From Ginglymostoma cirratum (lineage: Eukaryota): DNA of 64,000 nucleotides. Shown here in pieces: positions 25,505-38,597 of the stretch (position 1 is the first letter of the stretch; each line of letters opens with the position of its first letter). The notes below the pieces were generated by a model. It was not told the DNA's origin and made no database searches. It saw only the letters and a list, made by a program, of their open reading frames with translations. The DNA is taken from contig JAHRHZ010000054.1 of assembly GCA_024137785.1 (NCBI GenBank), positions 2,684,535 through 2,748,534 of the forward strand, read 5' to 3'. The position numbers were made by a program, and so were the translations under genes.

Positions 25505-25806
25505 CAGGGAGTTTGATGTTGCTGGACTGTTAATCCAGTAACCAAGGTAATGGTCAAGGGGCCTTGGTTTGAATCCCATGGTGGCATTTGAATTGAATTT
25601 AAAAATCTATTGACTTGTGAATCCATTTTTTGTCAGGAAAAACCCATCTGGTTCACTAATGTCCTTTAGGGAAGGAAATTGCCATCCTTACCTGATCTGG
25701 GCTACATGTGACTCCAGACCCACAGCAACATGGTTGACTCTGAACTGCCCTCTGGGCAGTAAATGCTGGCCTAGTCAGTGATACCCTCATCCCATGAATG
25801 AATAAA
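25505..25806 (+). mobile_element. tRNA-headed SINE-like element (family B)
   Basis: gctggactgttaatccag...ggtttgaatccc...aaaacccatctggttcactaatgtcctttagggaagg...catcccatgaatgaataaa. Confidence 0.85.
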
Positions 25807-25899
25807 CATTATACTTAAGCAAATGGAGTAGATAAACCCAGACTTTTACCTTTGAGCCAGGATAATAGATCAAGAAAAATAAAACCAGGATTTTAACTG

Positions 25900-26336
25900 A
25901 GGTTGTTGACTGCTCGCCGAGAGCTCATTAAGGAGAGCAAAACAACACAATAGACCATCCTTAATATCTCTCCATTCAGACAATGAAGGTCATCAGTTTA
26001 ACTGGGACCAAGGAACCATAGTAGCCCAAGCCAAACATAGACATGCATGGGAATTCCTAGAGGCATGATTCTCCACCCATACTTCAATCAACAAACATCT
26101 AGAAATGGACCCCATGTACGAACCCATACAGATCAAAACCAGAAATGACAGTACTCACCATAACAGACTGGACAGTATAAATTCCAAGCAGACTAGAGTA
26201 ATATTGCTTCAGCAGAGGCTCCACTGATGTCACCTGGCATGGTGACGAAATGTCTGAACAAAAACAAGCCAGCTTGGCGAGCAAGTCAACAAGCGCACCC
26301 ACAACCCGAGCTACAGATCTTTGCAAAGACTTTAAA
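25900..26336 (+). mobile_element. 5'-truncated Penelope-like element: GIY-YIG endonuclease C-terminus, pseudo-LTR with decayed hammerhead, short inverted 5' copy
   Basis: Translates ...SLISLHSDNEGHQFNWDQGTIVAQAKHRHAWEFLEA*FSTHTSINKHLEMDPMY, the PLE GIY-YIG tail pattern H-x-F-x-W...RE-x-LE-x-W...IN. ttgttgactgctcgcc (25903) is inverted relative to ggcgagcaagtcaacaa (~26276). Flanked by aggattttaactg / gggatttcaactg. Confidence 0.8.
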
Positions 26337-28034
26337 GGGATTTCAACTGTTTTGGAATATATGAAGAAGGCACATTTATTTTTCACTCCTAGTTGGCTTC
26401 CAAATGTGTTCTTCACTAGGTTAGCAATGATTTTCACAACTTTACAGGACACAGAACCATATGTGACTGATGCCAATTTGCTCCAAAGCAGGCAGGAGCA
26501 GCTGTTTGCTTTCCTGAAGAGCTTTAAGGAACCACTTAGCATTTTCACTACAAAAAGGCACATTTCCTGGTTTAGTTTCTTTATCTCATGGTGCTATTCC
26601 ATGAAGTTTTAGAATTTTTGACAGCCAGCTGAACTCCTGTTTCAATTCATGGTCAGAGTCACATCTATATTTAGACGTTGCTTTGCTCAACGTCAGTAGA
26701 TGGTTAGAACGATCTCACTGACAGGATCATGGCAATAAAGTTGATGAGGACCTTTTGATGTAGTAGTGAAAGTGTTGGTGTTCTAGAGGCTTTAATAGGC
26801 TGGGACAGACTTTCCCATTACTGGGTTGTAGTAGTTTGTATTACAGGGCTTTGGCTGACTGAAAAAATAGCGTGTGGGAGCTGCAGGATAAAGAGTAGGA
26901 AGATTGTGGGCTAAGTCTCGTCAGTTTGACTTCTGTACCTCGTGGCCTATGAAGCAATCACAGATTCTTTCATTTGTAGCCTGCCCATAGCGTTTGAGTC
27001 CCTTGAGTTATCAATTATAACGTACTGTAGACAACTACTGAACATGTTTTACATTTGCTGGTTTGAAAGATTTATTGTCTTTGGATTGTTTATGTAACAA
27101 TGTGCATTTTTACACAGCAGTTATCTGGATTCTACCAGGATAGCTGGTGAACATCCATTGGTCTGACTCCTAACTTTCAACCTGTCTGACTTGGGATGGG
27201 GGGAGGGGTTGGTGGCGGGAGGGTGTAGTTACATTCCAGCCAATTTTTGGTCTTCCCTTATGGAAACATGTAAGGCTTTCCACGATAGCAGGAGAGGATC
27301 TCTTTGAGGACTGAATTATTGGGAGTAGGTGTGGATGGATGGGGAAAAAAGACTCAACAGTCTTTGCCAAATGATGATAATATAGGACATGTTGCCTTCA
27401 ATGTCATTGATCTTCTCTCTCTAGTAGAAGTCATCTCAAAAGACTTCTTTACTCAATTGCTCAGCTCGGAAGCTGAAGTTCAGTCCTCGTTGCTCTGTAT
27501 TGTTGCCACAGTTTTCATCTTGTATCGCTTCAAAGTATAATTCTCCGCTTTCATCTTCAGGTTCCTATTTGGCTTTGCATAATAAATTAATCACTTAAAG
27601 ATCTTGCTGGTACAGCTGTCTTGATGTAGCTGCCGCATGATTCATAGCAGTAGTACACATGAGGGAATTGCAAGGTAATTCTCTGTATGCTGGGGATGGC
27701 TATACTCATCACCATTCGTGGGATTGAATCTTAATGTTTATTTTGGCTGAGTCCGAGGTGCATCATAGTTTGAGGGATCTCTGACATGAAGCCTGGTGAG
27801 TTCCCTCACCATACCTTAACAACTTGCTCCTTAAGTATCTACCCTGTCTTATGGCATCCCTAGTGTTCAATTGCAGCCTCCTCTTAACATGCACCATGCC
27901 CAGAACAACTTGCCATTCAGCACATTCTGAATTTACCAGCATCCATGGCACTGATGCCATGTTTAAAAGCCAGCTGTGCACCTCGACAAGCATTGTCAGT
28001 CTGAAACTCCGTGAGGTTGCTGAAACTTCCCCAG

Positions 28035-28240
28035 ATAGACAGAAGGGGAAATCGTCCTTGCCTATGGGCAGGGACATAGCAATCCTGCTGTAGAGGTGGC
28101 ATACTCTAACTCCAGGACCAGCAGTGGAGGCAATGACACCAGACCATGCCACCCTAGCCAAGGTTGCAACTTGGACTAAGCAGCTCAGCCTTTTGGAAGA
28201 ATGCACAGGATGTAGGGAGAAAGTCAATGACCTTCCATCT
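28035..28240 (+). pseudogene. Decayed Myb/SANT-like DNA-binding ORF of a PIF/Harbinger transposon
   Basis: Across frameshifts reads ...KGKSSLPMGRDIAILL*...QDQQWRQ*HQTMPP*...KVATW...CREKVNDL, matching the Myb/SANT trihelix pattern (F...L.LL...W..VA...C.KK.NDL). Confidence 0.5.
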
Positions 28241-29090
28241 CCTCCTAATACCTGCCATTAGGAAAATGACTTCAAATTAAAGTAGAAAGAGTCAGGACTT
28301 TTTCTTGTTGGGCTACTTGACATTTGGTTCCTGACCCTCTTTTGAATCTACCTGACTGGTCATTTCCAAAACCCTAGTCTAAAATTGGAGGCTGCCCTTG
28401 ACATACTCTACCAGGACCCACTGAATGAAAGCTATCGCCTTACACTTGGCTGAGGCCTGCTGACAATTGGGCCAGGCTTTCTTTGTGTTTGTACTAAATG
28501 GCAAAGCAAGGACAATTTTTCAGGGTGAGCGGGCAAAGTGCAAAAAGGCAAGGTAATGCAAGACAGGGATTCTGCGAGTATCCAGGTAGGTTCATTGAGT
28601 GAGCACAATGACACAAGTGCAGAGCCTGGGGATTTAGCCCAGTCCACTCCTTGTCCTGGCTGAGTCCCTCAGTGCAGTTTATCCCAGCTGCAGCATTCCA
28701 GTGGTAGTTGCCCATGCAGAAGTCTCAGTGCCATGAGGGCTCCTAGTGCCTGGCACATTGCCAATAACTGTGGCCAAGCAGTGTGTTTGGTTAGTGCCCA
28801 TGGAACATGCTTTGGTATTTGTGCCTGGTGTCCAACACTGAGAGCATTCAGTACTAGCAGTCAGCCTGTGCTCTGCATGTATCCTGGCAAATGCCACAGA
28901 TACGTCAGACTGGAGAAATTGGCACCCCACTTTGCCAATGGGGATAAGATCTTGGGGTATGGGGTTAGTTGCATGCAGTCACTATCCATGGAGCATGCCC
29001 TAAAATCTTGGAACTTGGTGTCCAAGATGCTGCATGAGAGCCAGTGGCATGTCAGAGTCTGGCAGTCAACCATGTGTAGGTCTGGAGTTT

Positions 29091-29323
29091 CCACCTAACT
29101 TTCACATCCCTGGACACTATGGGCAATCAAGCATGGCCAATCCACCTACCCTCCACATCTTTGGATTGTGGGAGGAAACCAGATCACGCAGCAGAAACCT
29201 ATGCGGACGTGGGGAGAATGTACAAACTCCATACAGACAGTCACCTGAGGCTGGGGTTCTGGGATTGAACCCACGTCCCTGCTGCTGAGAGGCAGCAGCG
29301 CTAACCCCTTCGCCACCATACTG
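29091..29323 (-). mobile_element. HE1/V-SINE-like SINE lacking its tail
   Basis: gggcaatcaagcatggccaatccacc...tgtacaaactccatacagacagtcacctgaggc...gggattgaaccc...gctaacccct. Confidence 0.85.
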
Positions 29324-29819
29324 GTCAGTGACAAATGTGATTCCCTAAAAGGTGTTTGTGAACCAGATGGATTTTTACAGCAATTTTTGATTGTTTCATG
29401 ATGCCCATTACCAAGACTAGCTTTGTTCCAGATTTATTCACTGAATCCAGATTTCATGCCTGTGGCAGGCAATCATTCACATGCCCTTTGCCTCAACTAA
29501 GTGCCAAGCTTCAACTTGTGGCCGATAGTATTGGCAGGGCATTTGAACGTGGGAGTATGGAGTTTGCAATAGAACTCATCCAGTCTCGCAACATTAACCA
29601 CAGTCTTGCGATAGGAGAATGATTAGGAAATGAAAACATTAACTTATTTTCATTATAGAAGACTGAGGGCAAATGGCAATAAATGCAGCCAAATGCCAGC
29701 CTAGGCAAAACTCTCTTGTATGGCTTAAAATTACTCCATGCACTGAAACTACCTATTAGCTATAAGGAGGACTGCCATCTCCTCTTCCCCTCCACTTTCT
29801 GGTAAGGAAAGGAGAAAAA

Positions 29820-30175
29820 TACTTGCATTTTATTTGGTACTCTGTGATTACCGGACATCTCAGGGCTTTACACCAACAAATCATTCTGATATGAAGTCAC
29901 TGCTGTAATGTAGGAAATCCAGCCACCAATAAGGCCTACAGCAAACAGTAATGGACTAATAGCCAGATAATCCACTTGATTGCAAGATAAATAGTGATAG
30001 CTCCTCTGCTCTTCTGAAAATAAGTAGAATTCTTTTATTACATCCAGCAGATGAGGTCCCATCTAAAAGAGGGAGTACTTTGAGTATGGCACTCCTTTGC
30101 ACTGCATTGGAGTATAGACCTATTTTATGCTTGAACTCCATAGTGGGACTCAAATTTGAAACCATGTGACTAGAG
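29820..30175 (-). mobile_element. Deu-domain SINE
   Basis: acttgcattttatttggtac...gaagtcactgctgtaatgtaggaaa...ctgctcttctgaaaataagt...catctaaaaga...gtgggactcaaatttgaaacc. Confidence 0.7.
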
Positions 30176-33100
30176 GTGCAGCTGCCAGAAAGGACTGAAC
30201 AGTCAAATGGTAAGAGCTAGGTAGCCCTACAAAAGGATGGATTTGTTAGTTCTAAAAGTCTTTCTACATTCTTGTGGTAGGACAGCACAACTTGTTCACT
30301 TCCTCATGGTAGTAATTTGGAAAATTAGCACAAAACACTATCATAGCTCTCGTGGCTGTTGCTACTGTAAGTGTTAAGAATATTTTAAGCTTATCAATAC
30401 ATTACCAACATGGGAATTTCAAAATGTCAGCACTTGGCTCTGTACCCTTTTGAAGGAGAAGGATGTGGGTTCAAATAATACTCAACAGCCTGAGCAACTA
30501 ACCCCAGGTGTCAACCTGGGGTAGTACTGAGGGAATGCTGCACTGTTGGAGATGCCACCTTTCAGATGAAATTGTAAGCCATTTGAAAAAGAGCAGAGAA
30601 GGTTGCAAACTGACTATTGTATTTCTTAAATTGCATCAGTGACTATTTTAGGTAGTTTTAGAAGATTCTGTACCTTAGATACCCTGAAGTTTTTATAAAA
30701 AGCTGCATGAGAGTCAGTGGCATGTCAGTCTGGCATGAAGTTGTGAAAGGCAGAATTTGCACTTAGTCACTTTCTGGCTCAGTCTTGTCCCAGAGGTGAC
30801 CACCTTTTCTAACCCTAATACCTTCCATGCTCCATTACTGTGTCGTACTTGTGCACTGCCACTTCATTTGGTGAGATCTGTATAAGCCTTTTTATTTCCC
30901 AAGGTGTTTGCTTGCAGTATTAGAAACCTTTCCCCTCCCCAGTCAGCCTAAGGATTCTTGTATTGTATCAGCTGAGGTCAGGGTCAGTCTTGACCAGTGT
31001 TTGTTACTGGACTAGTAATTCAGATATAAACTAGAAACATACTGAACCTCACCTCACTTCACTTCAACTAAATTGAGAATTTAACTTCAGCGCAGGTAAA
31101 ATCTAGGAATAAAACTAAAATGCAGACATCAGTAAAAATGACCAAGAAGCTAACAAATTTTCATTTTAACAAGTACAATTGGTTCACACAAACTTCAGAG
31201 CAAGAAACCTACCATTACAATCCAGTTTAACCAAGTAACTCAAGACCCACTGCATTGTAATTCAAGAAGAGGGCCTACCACCATTCCTTGTTAGGATTTG
31301 GCAATCAATACAGGCCTTTTAAAATGAATTAAGTTCAGCATCCAGAAAAGTGGTCCGAGAGGAATCTGACTGAGGAAGTTTGGGACTCTGTCTTTATCTG
31401 GAAATAAAGGTTTTTGAACCCTTCACTTGTGATTACTGTGTTTAAAACACCTAACTTATTGTAAATTCCTGTCCATGCATCTGGTATCTATTCAGGAACT
31501 GTATATTGGTCAGATAGACGATCCTTTTTCCTTCTGCATTGTGCTAACTGCTTTAGTGTTGGCTTTTTTTATAACATTGCAGTGCAATGATCAAGCTGAT
31601 CACAAGAGGGTGCTACTCAGATCATGCCTTCTAAATAACATGCCTGGCAGAGAGGGTGGAGCTTGGTCATTCATGTTCCCTGGCTGCATGTAAACTGCTC
31701 CACGTTTTTAAATAATTGTGTAACCAAGGAGGAAGTGGATGTTAAAGGACAAAAACATGCACATGCTGGTAATCTGCAATGAAAGTACTGGAGAAACTCG
31801 GCAGTTTCTGTGGAGAGACAATGTTTCAAGTCCAATATGACTACTTCAACCTCCAACATCACACTAATAAGCTCTTCAGTCTGTTTCCTCTTTCTCCTTG
31901 CATTTCACTCTCTCTCTCCTGAGTTTTTTCTTCCCCCCCCCCCCCCCAGCTGTCTGTCTGCTTATGTCACAATGAGTATCTCTTTTTTCCCCATGTGCAA
32001 TGATCCCTGTTTCTATCCTGATCTTTCTCTACAGACTGAACTCCATTCAGCCACTTCTTTTCATCCCATATCCGTCAGTCCCTCTGTCTACCTTCAGATC
32101 ATATTGTACACTTTACTTCCGGACCAATAGTCACTTGTCGCTTGAACCAACTTGTACTGCCTCTTCAGTATCTTTCCAGCTAAATAGTCAAACGTTAATT
32201 AACCCACTCTTTGCCTTGCCATTTCACCTTTACTAAAACTTCTTCTGCTCAAGAACAATTTGTAAACTTGCCAAAGTGGCAAATTTATGTCAGTTTTCTT
32301 GATTTTAAAAATCAGGTCATTACAAAGGTACTGAAAATAAAACATCAGTTTCTTCACAACAGATACCTTTAATCATCATGGACTACTTTCAAGGGGTGTG
32401 GTCTTGCTGGATAAGGTCAGGTGACCATAACTAAGTCCCCTACATGAGGTCATGCTAACACTTTCTACAGCAACAGTGGTCATCTTTTGTCTTTGGTTCT
32501 GATAAGTCAGGAACAGATCTGTCCTCGGACACAATGCTGATGCATGGAATGGAATCTTATAGGGGTTGGAGTAATATGAGCTATGGTGAGATTTACAGTA
32601 GAATCTCATGAGATCTATCAAACCCTATCTCGCCATTGACTCATAGCTATGATTTTAAGTGGTGAGATGAGTTTCTGGTTAGGCAGAGGAGTTACAAATT
32701 AAGGGCACTGCAGCTTATTAATGCAGCATCTGTTCAATATTCAGCTCCTTGTCATGCCAAACAAGCCATACATCAAGAAATTGTATGTGGAAATTAGTGG
32801 CTACCAGGTGACTTCTGCTTGCTACATTCTCTCCAAAGGGCTGACAGTGTTGGACACTGGCACCAGCACCTCACATTTCATAGACATTGGTTCTAACATG
32901 CACCAGTCTAAGAAACATCATGGCACACTTCCAGTCCCCTGACCGTACACTTCTGTGCTTTATGGACCAAGCTGTGTATCAGGCCTATTTGCTTACTGTT
33001 AGGACTTATTTGCTTTGACCCTAACTGAATGCTCAAGCATCCCTGCCCTGCATTGCTTTATCTTGCAATTTCCCTCCCCACCAAAAAAACACACAGGCTT

Positions 33101-34935
33101 GCCACTTGGTGCAGATACAAAGCCAGGGATGTTGTCAGCAAGCTGCAGTCAAGTTAAGGGAGATGGCCTTTGTTTAGGGGATCCTGGCATAGTAAGTCAA
33201 TGGCAGCGTCCAATACCAGTCCAGGGGTTCTGAAACAGTTAGTTACTTGGGGCTGTTGGTCAGGATGTTTCCCATATAAAGGAAAGAACTGAATGTCAAG
33301 CAAAGGCTGCTGAACTGTGTAGCAACTTTCGATCAGGTTGCATGGTCTCCTGTCAAAGCCTGTAATAGTCTGGGGTGAAGAGGACTTCCCACCTGAACAG
33401 TGCCCTGTACAATAGGATCACCATTGTCAGGGTGTACAAACAGCTGTGCTAGGGATACCAGTCAAATCTGTAAAATCCGATGAGTGATGCATTGTTCTGG
33501 GAACAGTATGGTAAGATGAGGCTAGAATTGGGCACGAGGAATGTTATGGAGTAGGGTAGGTAGTTAATGAGGTGAGTTTGGTAAGATGTAGTGAGGCATC
33601 ACTGGGCCTCAGATTTCCAGTGAACACTATGCAACTTGTGCTCAAAGATTCTGTCCACTTTTTTCCCCAGTACATGACTCCACTGCAGCAGTATGATGGA
33701 GCATTGCAGATATTTATTCTTAGCTAATAATTCCTATTTCTTTATGTATGATTACACCAAACCGCTTCTGATTTCTTGACCTGGTTGGATGGGTTCTAGA
33801 GCACTGACAAGGTCAGTGCCTGAATGCACCACATTCCAACAAAGATACGTTAAGTCACTCTTAAAAACCCACCATGCATGGAATAATTTCTCCATTGGAT
33901 AGAGCACAAAGAGTTAAGTGAAATCGAGGACTGGAAAAATGCTTCAGTAAAGCAGCTGTAACTATAATGCTTCCTTATAAAAATAAAATGAGATGGGCCT
34001 GTGCCAACCTGCAATGAGGAGAGCTGTCAAAAATGGTCTATTGCCTTCAACTAAGCCAGTAATGTCATAAGGTAATGATGTCATCAGGGCTGATTCTGAA
34101 GGGGAAATGGGCTTGGTTGGAGTATCTTTGGGACTCCTCTGGAGACTGGAAGGCAGTATATGTTAGAATGTTGGCCTTTCACCTCCTTGATCTGGATCCA
34201 AATCCAGCCTAGACTGATGGGATGGAAAATCCGTGCGGGTTAAAACAGTTTTCATTCTTCCTCTTGACCTAGGTTCAAATTTATATGATACTTAAGGGAT
34301 AAAGAGATCTCCTTCCCTCCCTCTCTGCCTGTCTGTCTCTGGTTTTCTAGCTGTTTGCTGATCTCTGCTTGTCTCAATTTCCCTCTTTTAAAGAAAAGTT
34401 TAATCTTCTTCCTGCATGCATGGTTGGTTGTGACTGGGAGTGGTGTTGGTGTGCCTGAGGGTGGGGGGTGTCCAGAGCAATATGCACAAATTGAACTGCA
34501 GGACCTGGGGGCAATTACACACTCACAACAAGGAGAAACTCTTCTGGGTCCCTGATTTCTCTGTCCACAGCCTTCAACTCCAGCGGACCCTTGAGCTGTT
34601 CTAGAAAGGCCATGCCAAGATACTGGCATGTCCACAACAGTGGGATGGAGGTGGGAAGGAGTCAGCCCGGCACCAACAACTTGCCAGCAACCATTTAAAA
34701 TTGTCTATTATAAATAGGCCCTTTTTAGTCTGCAAACATTCCTCCTTGCAGTAGGTAGCCAAGCTTTCAGACCCAAGTCCCAGCTACCCTTCTGAATCCC
34801 CTGCCTCTGTTCCTACCACCCAGTAGCTAGTTGGAAGGAGCTGTTCTCTATCTCCTATATTCTGTTCTGTGCAGAATTTCTACATATGATTTCTTTTTTC
34901 CATCTCTCTGCCTTTTTATCTTCAATGACCCAAAT

Positions 34936-35450
34936 TATAGTCATACAGCATGGAAACAGGCCCTTTAGTTCAACCAGTCCATGCTGACCATTTTCCTAAA
35001 CTAAACTAGCTCTACCTGCCTGCACTTGGCCCATTTCCCTCAACTCTTCCTATCCATGAGCTTATCCAAATGTTTTCTAAATGTTTCAACTGTACCTGCA
35101 TCCTCCACTTTCTCTGGCAGTTCATTCCCTGCATAAACAACACTGTTTTAGAAAAAAGTTGTCCCTCATGTCCCTTTCTTAAATCTTTCTCCTCTCATCT
35201 TTAATATTCCCCCTAGTTTTGAACTCCCCCACCCTTGCCATTACCCTTCATGGTTTTATAAACCTCAAGGTCACCCATCAACCTCTTACGCTCCAGTGAA
35301 AAGTCCCAGTCTATTTTTTTAATAACTCAAACCCTCCATTCCCAGCAACATCCTGGCAAATCTTTTTAGAACCCTCTCCAATTTAACAATATCCTTCCAA
35401 TAACAGGGCAACCAGATCTGTGCACAATACTCCAGAAGAGGCCTATTAAT
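34936..35450 (-). mobile_element. CR1 LINE 3' end
   Basis: atagtcatacagcatggaaacaggcccttt...ggcagttcattcc...atactccagaagaggcct, the reverse complement of a CR1 ORF2 end and tail. Confidence 0.85.
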
Positions 35451-38400
35451 AACTGGTTCAGGAAGTGAAGTCATATTTAGTTGTAGGTTTATGACAGGTT
35501 TGTTGAAGTTGGTGGGGAAGGGTTATTGTTGGGGTAGGATAGGCAAGACTAGATGTGCTTATGATATCACTGAAGTCAATGTTTTAAATGTTCTTGAAAC
35601 AATAAATAACACTGATAGCTGAGGTCGACAGCACTGAAATAGGGCTTTTTTTTTGGCTGAGTCTGAGTTGCCATGGTTTTCTTAGGCAACAGTGGGGAGC
35701 TAGAGGAGAAACACTCTGACTCCAGCATCTGCAGTTCTTGCATCTCCGAAGTCTGTCTTAATTTTTTTTAGCCATGAGGCCTAGTGAGTTCTGCCCATGT
35801 CATGTGTCAGGGAGATATTAGTACCCCACTTTGTGGGGAGGGATCTAGAGATTCTGCTGGATAAAGTGACACAAGCAGGACTTCCCCTGCCCAGGACCAT
35901 GCCAAACTAGTCTGAGTTTGCCATCCAGGTTAGTCAGTGGCCTTCTAACAGCCCCCATGTGTGCCACCACTCATCTCTATCTCCCACTTAATCTGTATCT
36001 GCTACAGTTCCCACCTCCCACCAAGGCTCCTACTCTATTGATTTTTTTATTGTCTGCAATATCTCTTGCTGGCTCCAGCTCCAACCCCCTGGCAGAAGAC
36101 ATGCAGGGTTGATGGTGTCTACTGTCTCTCCTGGCACAACTCTGTACCTGCACCAACAGTAAAAACTGTGCCACCACTTTCAGCTTTCTCCTGAGGAAAA
36201 CTGGCCATAATAGGGCAGAGAGACTCCTGAGTCTGTCATTCAGCTCCTTACCTTTTTTGAGGAAGAATCCTGATTTATGACCACATCTAGCATGGCCTGG
36301 ACTAGTATCAAAGGCTTAGTTTGCTAGGAAACTAGGCAAAGGCTATCCTCCTCGACTGAGAGCCATTGACCACTGCTGAGCTTCCTGGTGTTGTCCGTAC
36401 TAGACAGCAAGGCAAAATCGGAGTTCTATGAGCCTTTTATTTCTGTCTGAGCAGGGAGAAGTGCAAAAGAGTACAGCAAAACAGAAATCCAGTGAGCTGA
36501 GCCTGGAGATGTATTTAGTTCAGATGGAACCAGGCTGTTTGTCCCAGAGTGCAGTGTCCATGCTACAGCATTACAATGATTGCCAGTGCGGCATTAAATC
36601 GTAGTGTCATCCTGAAAGTGGATCAAACGTGCCATGAGTGTTCTTGGAGCCTGGGGAATGCTCAACGCAGAGTGCATGGGGCCAATGCTAATGGAGTGTT
36701 GGTGCCTTGTGTCCAAGATGAAGGCCCTTGAGAGCATGTGGTGAGCCAAACCTGCCATGGCTTCCTCATTAATTTATTTTTTTCCTTTGACATCTATCTT
36801 TAGTAAGATGGAAGTCTGAATAGTAATGAGGTGGTGTGGCACTAACAAGGCACTTACCAATCAATGACCATCAGGTGACATCTCACAGGTGCCTAGCAAG
36901 AATCTCAACCATTTATGGAGTGACATGATCTCAATTTAGAAATGAGCCTGACCAAGCCTTGTTGTCCAATTCTGCCACACATCTTGCCAGAGGCCCCACA
37001 ACACACATTCCTCCATATTTTTTAAACTCAAAATACTGTACTTCTGGAAATTGGGGTCATACTGGATATATCCTGTCCTCTTTGTTGTTTCAGGGCCAAA
37101 TATTAGTAAACGTAGTACCTGTTCTTTGATGACTCTAGATTCCTCTTATTGTTATGCTCTTCATACATGAGAAGCTTAGGATGGTGTTGCACTGATGCTC
37201 TGTAGCTAAAGCAGTGTTGTAGCTTTAGGAGCACACACCCCACCAAGACTTCCTCCTACCCAGCCCCATGATCAAGCGCCGAGTGCTTTTGCTGAAGGAG
37301 ACCCTTCCTGGAAATTAGTAAGCAAACAATGGGGTTTGCTTATTGTGCTCCTGTTTGCTTCCTGCTGAGTTTATATTGGCAGCAGCAGGGAGTCTTTTTT
37401 GATTATATGGACATTCATTGCCCACTTAAGGGCCTCAACTTCCTTGGAATGGAAACGCCGACCACAAGGCTTGCAGCCATAGTCTTAATTGGGATGGAGG
37501 TGGGAAATACCAGTGTCCAACCATTGCTGTCCCTAACTAAAGGAATTCTGTCTGCCAGCAAACCTGTCTCAAAGCGAGGGTGCAAAATTCCACTCCAGTC
37601 ACAACTTAATATGGGGGCCCAATCCCAATTTGGCTTTCCAATTATCTGGCAGATGATTGGGCTAGACATTTGGCTAAGAGGCTCTATAGTGGTAATTCAG
37701 GTTTGCACCCATTACAGGATAACTCCTGGTCCAATGCAAAGCTGCTTAATGGGTGACAGCAGTCCACTTGACTCCTGACATTAAGTGCCTGAGTGTAATT
37801 CTGCGCATAACCCTGAGGGAAAAGTGAGTGTGGACAGAACCCCTACAGTGTTAGGGGTGAGAAAAATTCTCCATCTGTTTTCACGAGAGTGGAGACTATG
37901 CATAAACAGACGTTCAATTATCTTATCTTTACTTCCCCCTTTGTGGTTTCTGCCAAATTTTGTCTCTCGAAGCGAGTGGGAATCAGAATTTTCCTGAAAT
38001 TCCAGGTGAAAACTTTTTTGCACTTTGTTGCATATGTTGGAGAGTCATCACAAAGACAGGTGATTTTGGCCTAGCCCTGCACCTTTTTTTAAATTCACTT
38101 CTTGGTCTTCCTTTCTACCCTTCCTTCTGCTTTAGTCCTCCGTTCTAAGATGTCTTTCAACAAGAAGGGCTGTGCTGTGGAAACCTAAGCTGTTGCTGTG
38201 GATTCCACTTGGCAACTGCTCACTGCTGCATGTTTCAGATCAGCAGCTCCTCATGTCGGGAAGGCACAGAAGTGTCCATCACTCTGATACAGAAATCCCG
38301 GTAGTGTTCTCAAGAACAAGATATTTGCTTAGGTATTTAAGAACTTTGGATTTAAACCTTTGGTTTAGCCAGCCTTTTCTAATAAGTGCAGGATGTACAC

Positions 38401-38597
38401 TCTCTCTCAGACTAGAGGAGTTGACTTAGTTTGATTAGGTAATCTTTCTCCTCTTTTCTTTTTGCAACTTTATTTTTCTATCCAACTTCTGTTTTACAAA
38501 GCACTAATTAAACTGGGTAAAGGTTCACTGTACTATGTGAATGGGATGACCCATCCCATCCGGAGATATTACTAAGTAATCATGGAATGGCAGTAAT

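Noticed and set aside
26099-26612. Overlapping 154-aa (-) and 120-aa (+) ORFs
   Set aside because: They straddle the Penelope pseudo-LTR and flank; the real coding remnant is the short GIY-YIG fragment upstream.
37329-37778. 149-aa ORF with a hydrophobic N-terminus (MGFAYCAPVCFLLSLYW) as an alternative Wnt exon or nested gene
   Set aside because: No recognisable domain or Wnt motif and no convincing splice sites; the downstream part looks repeat-derived.
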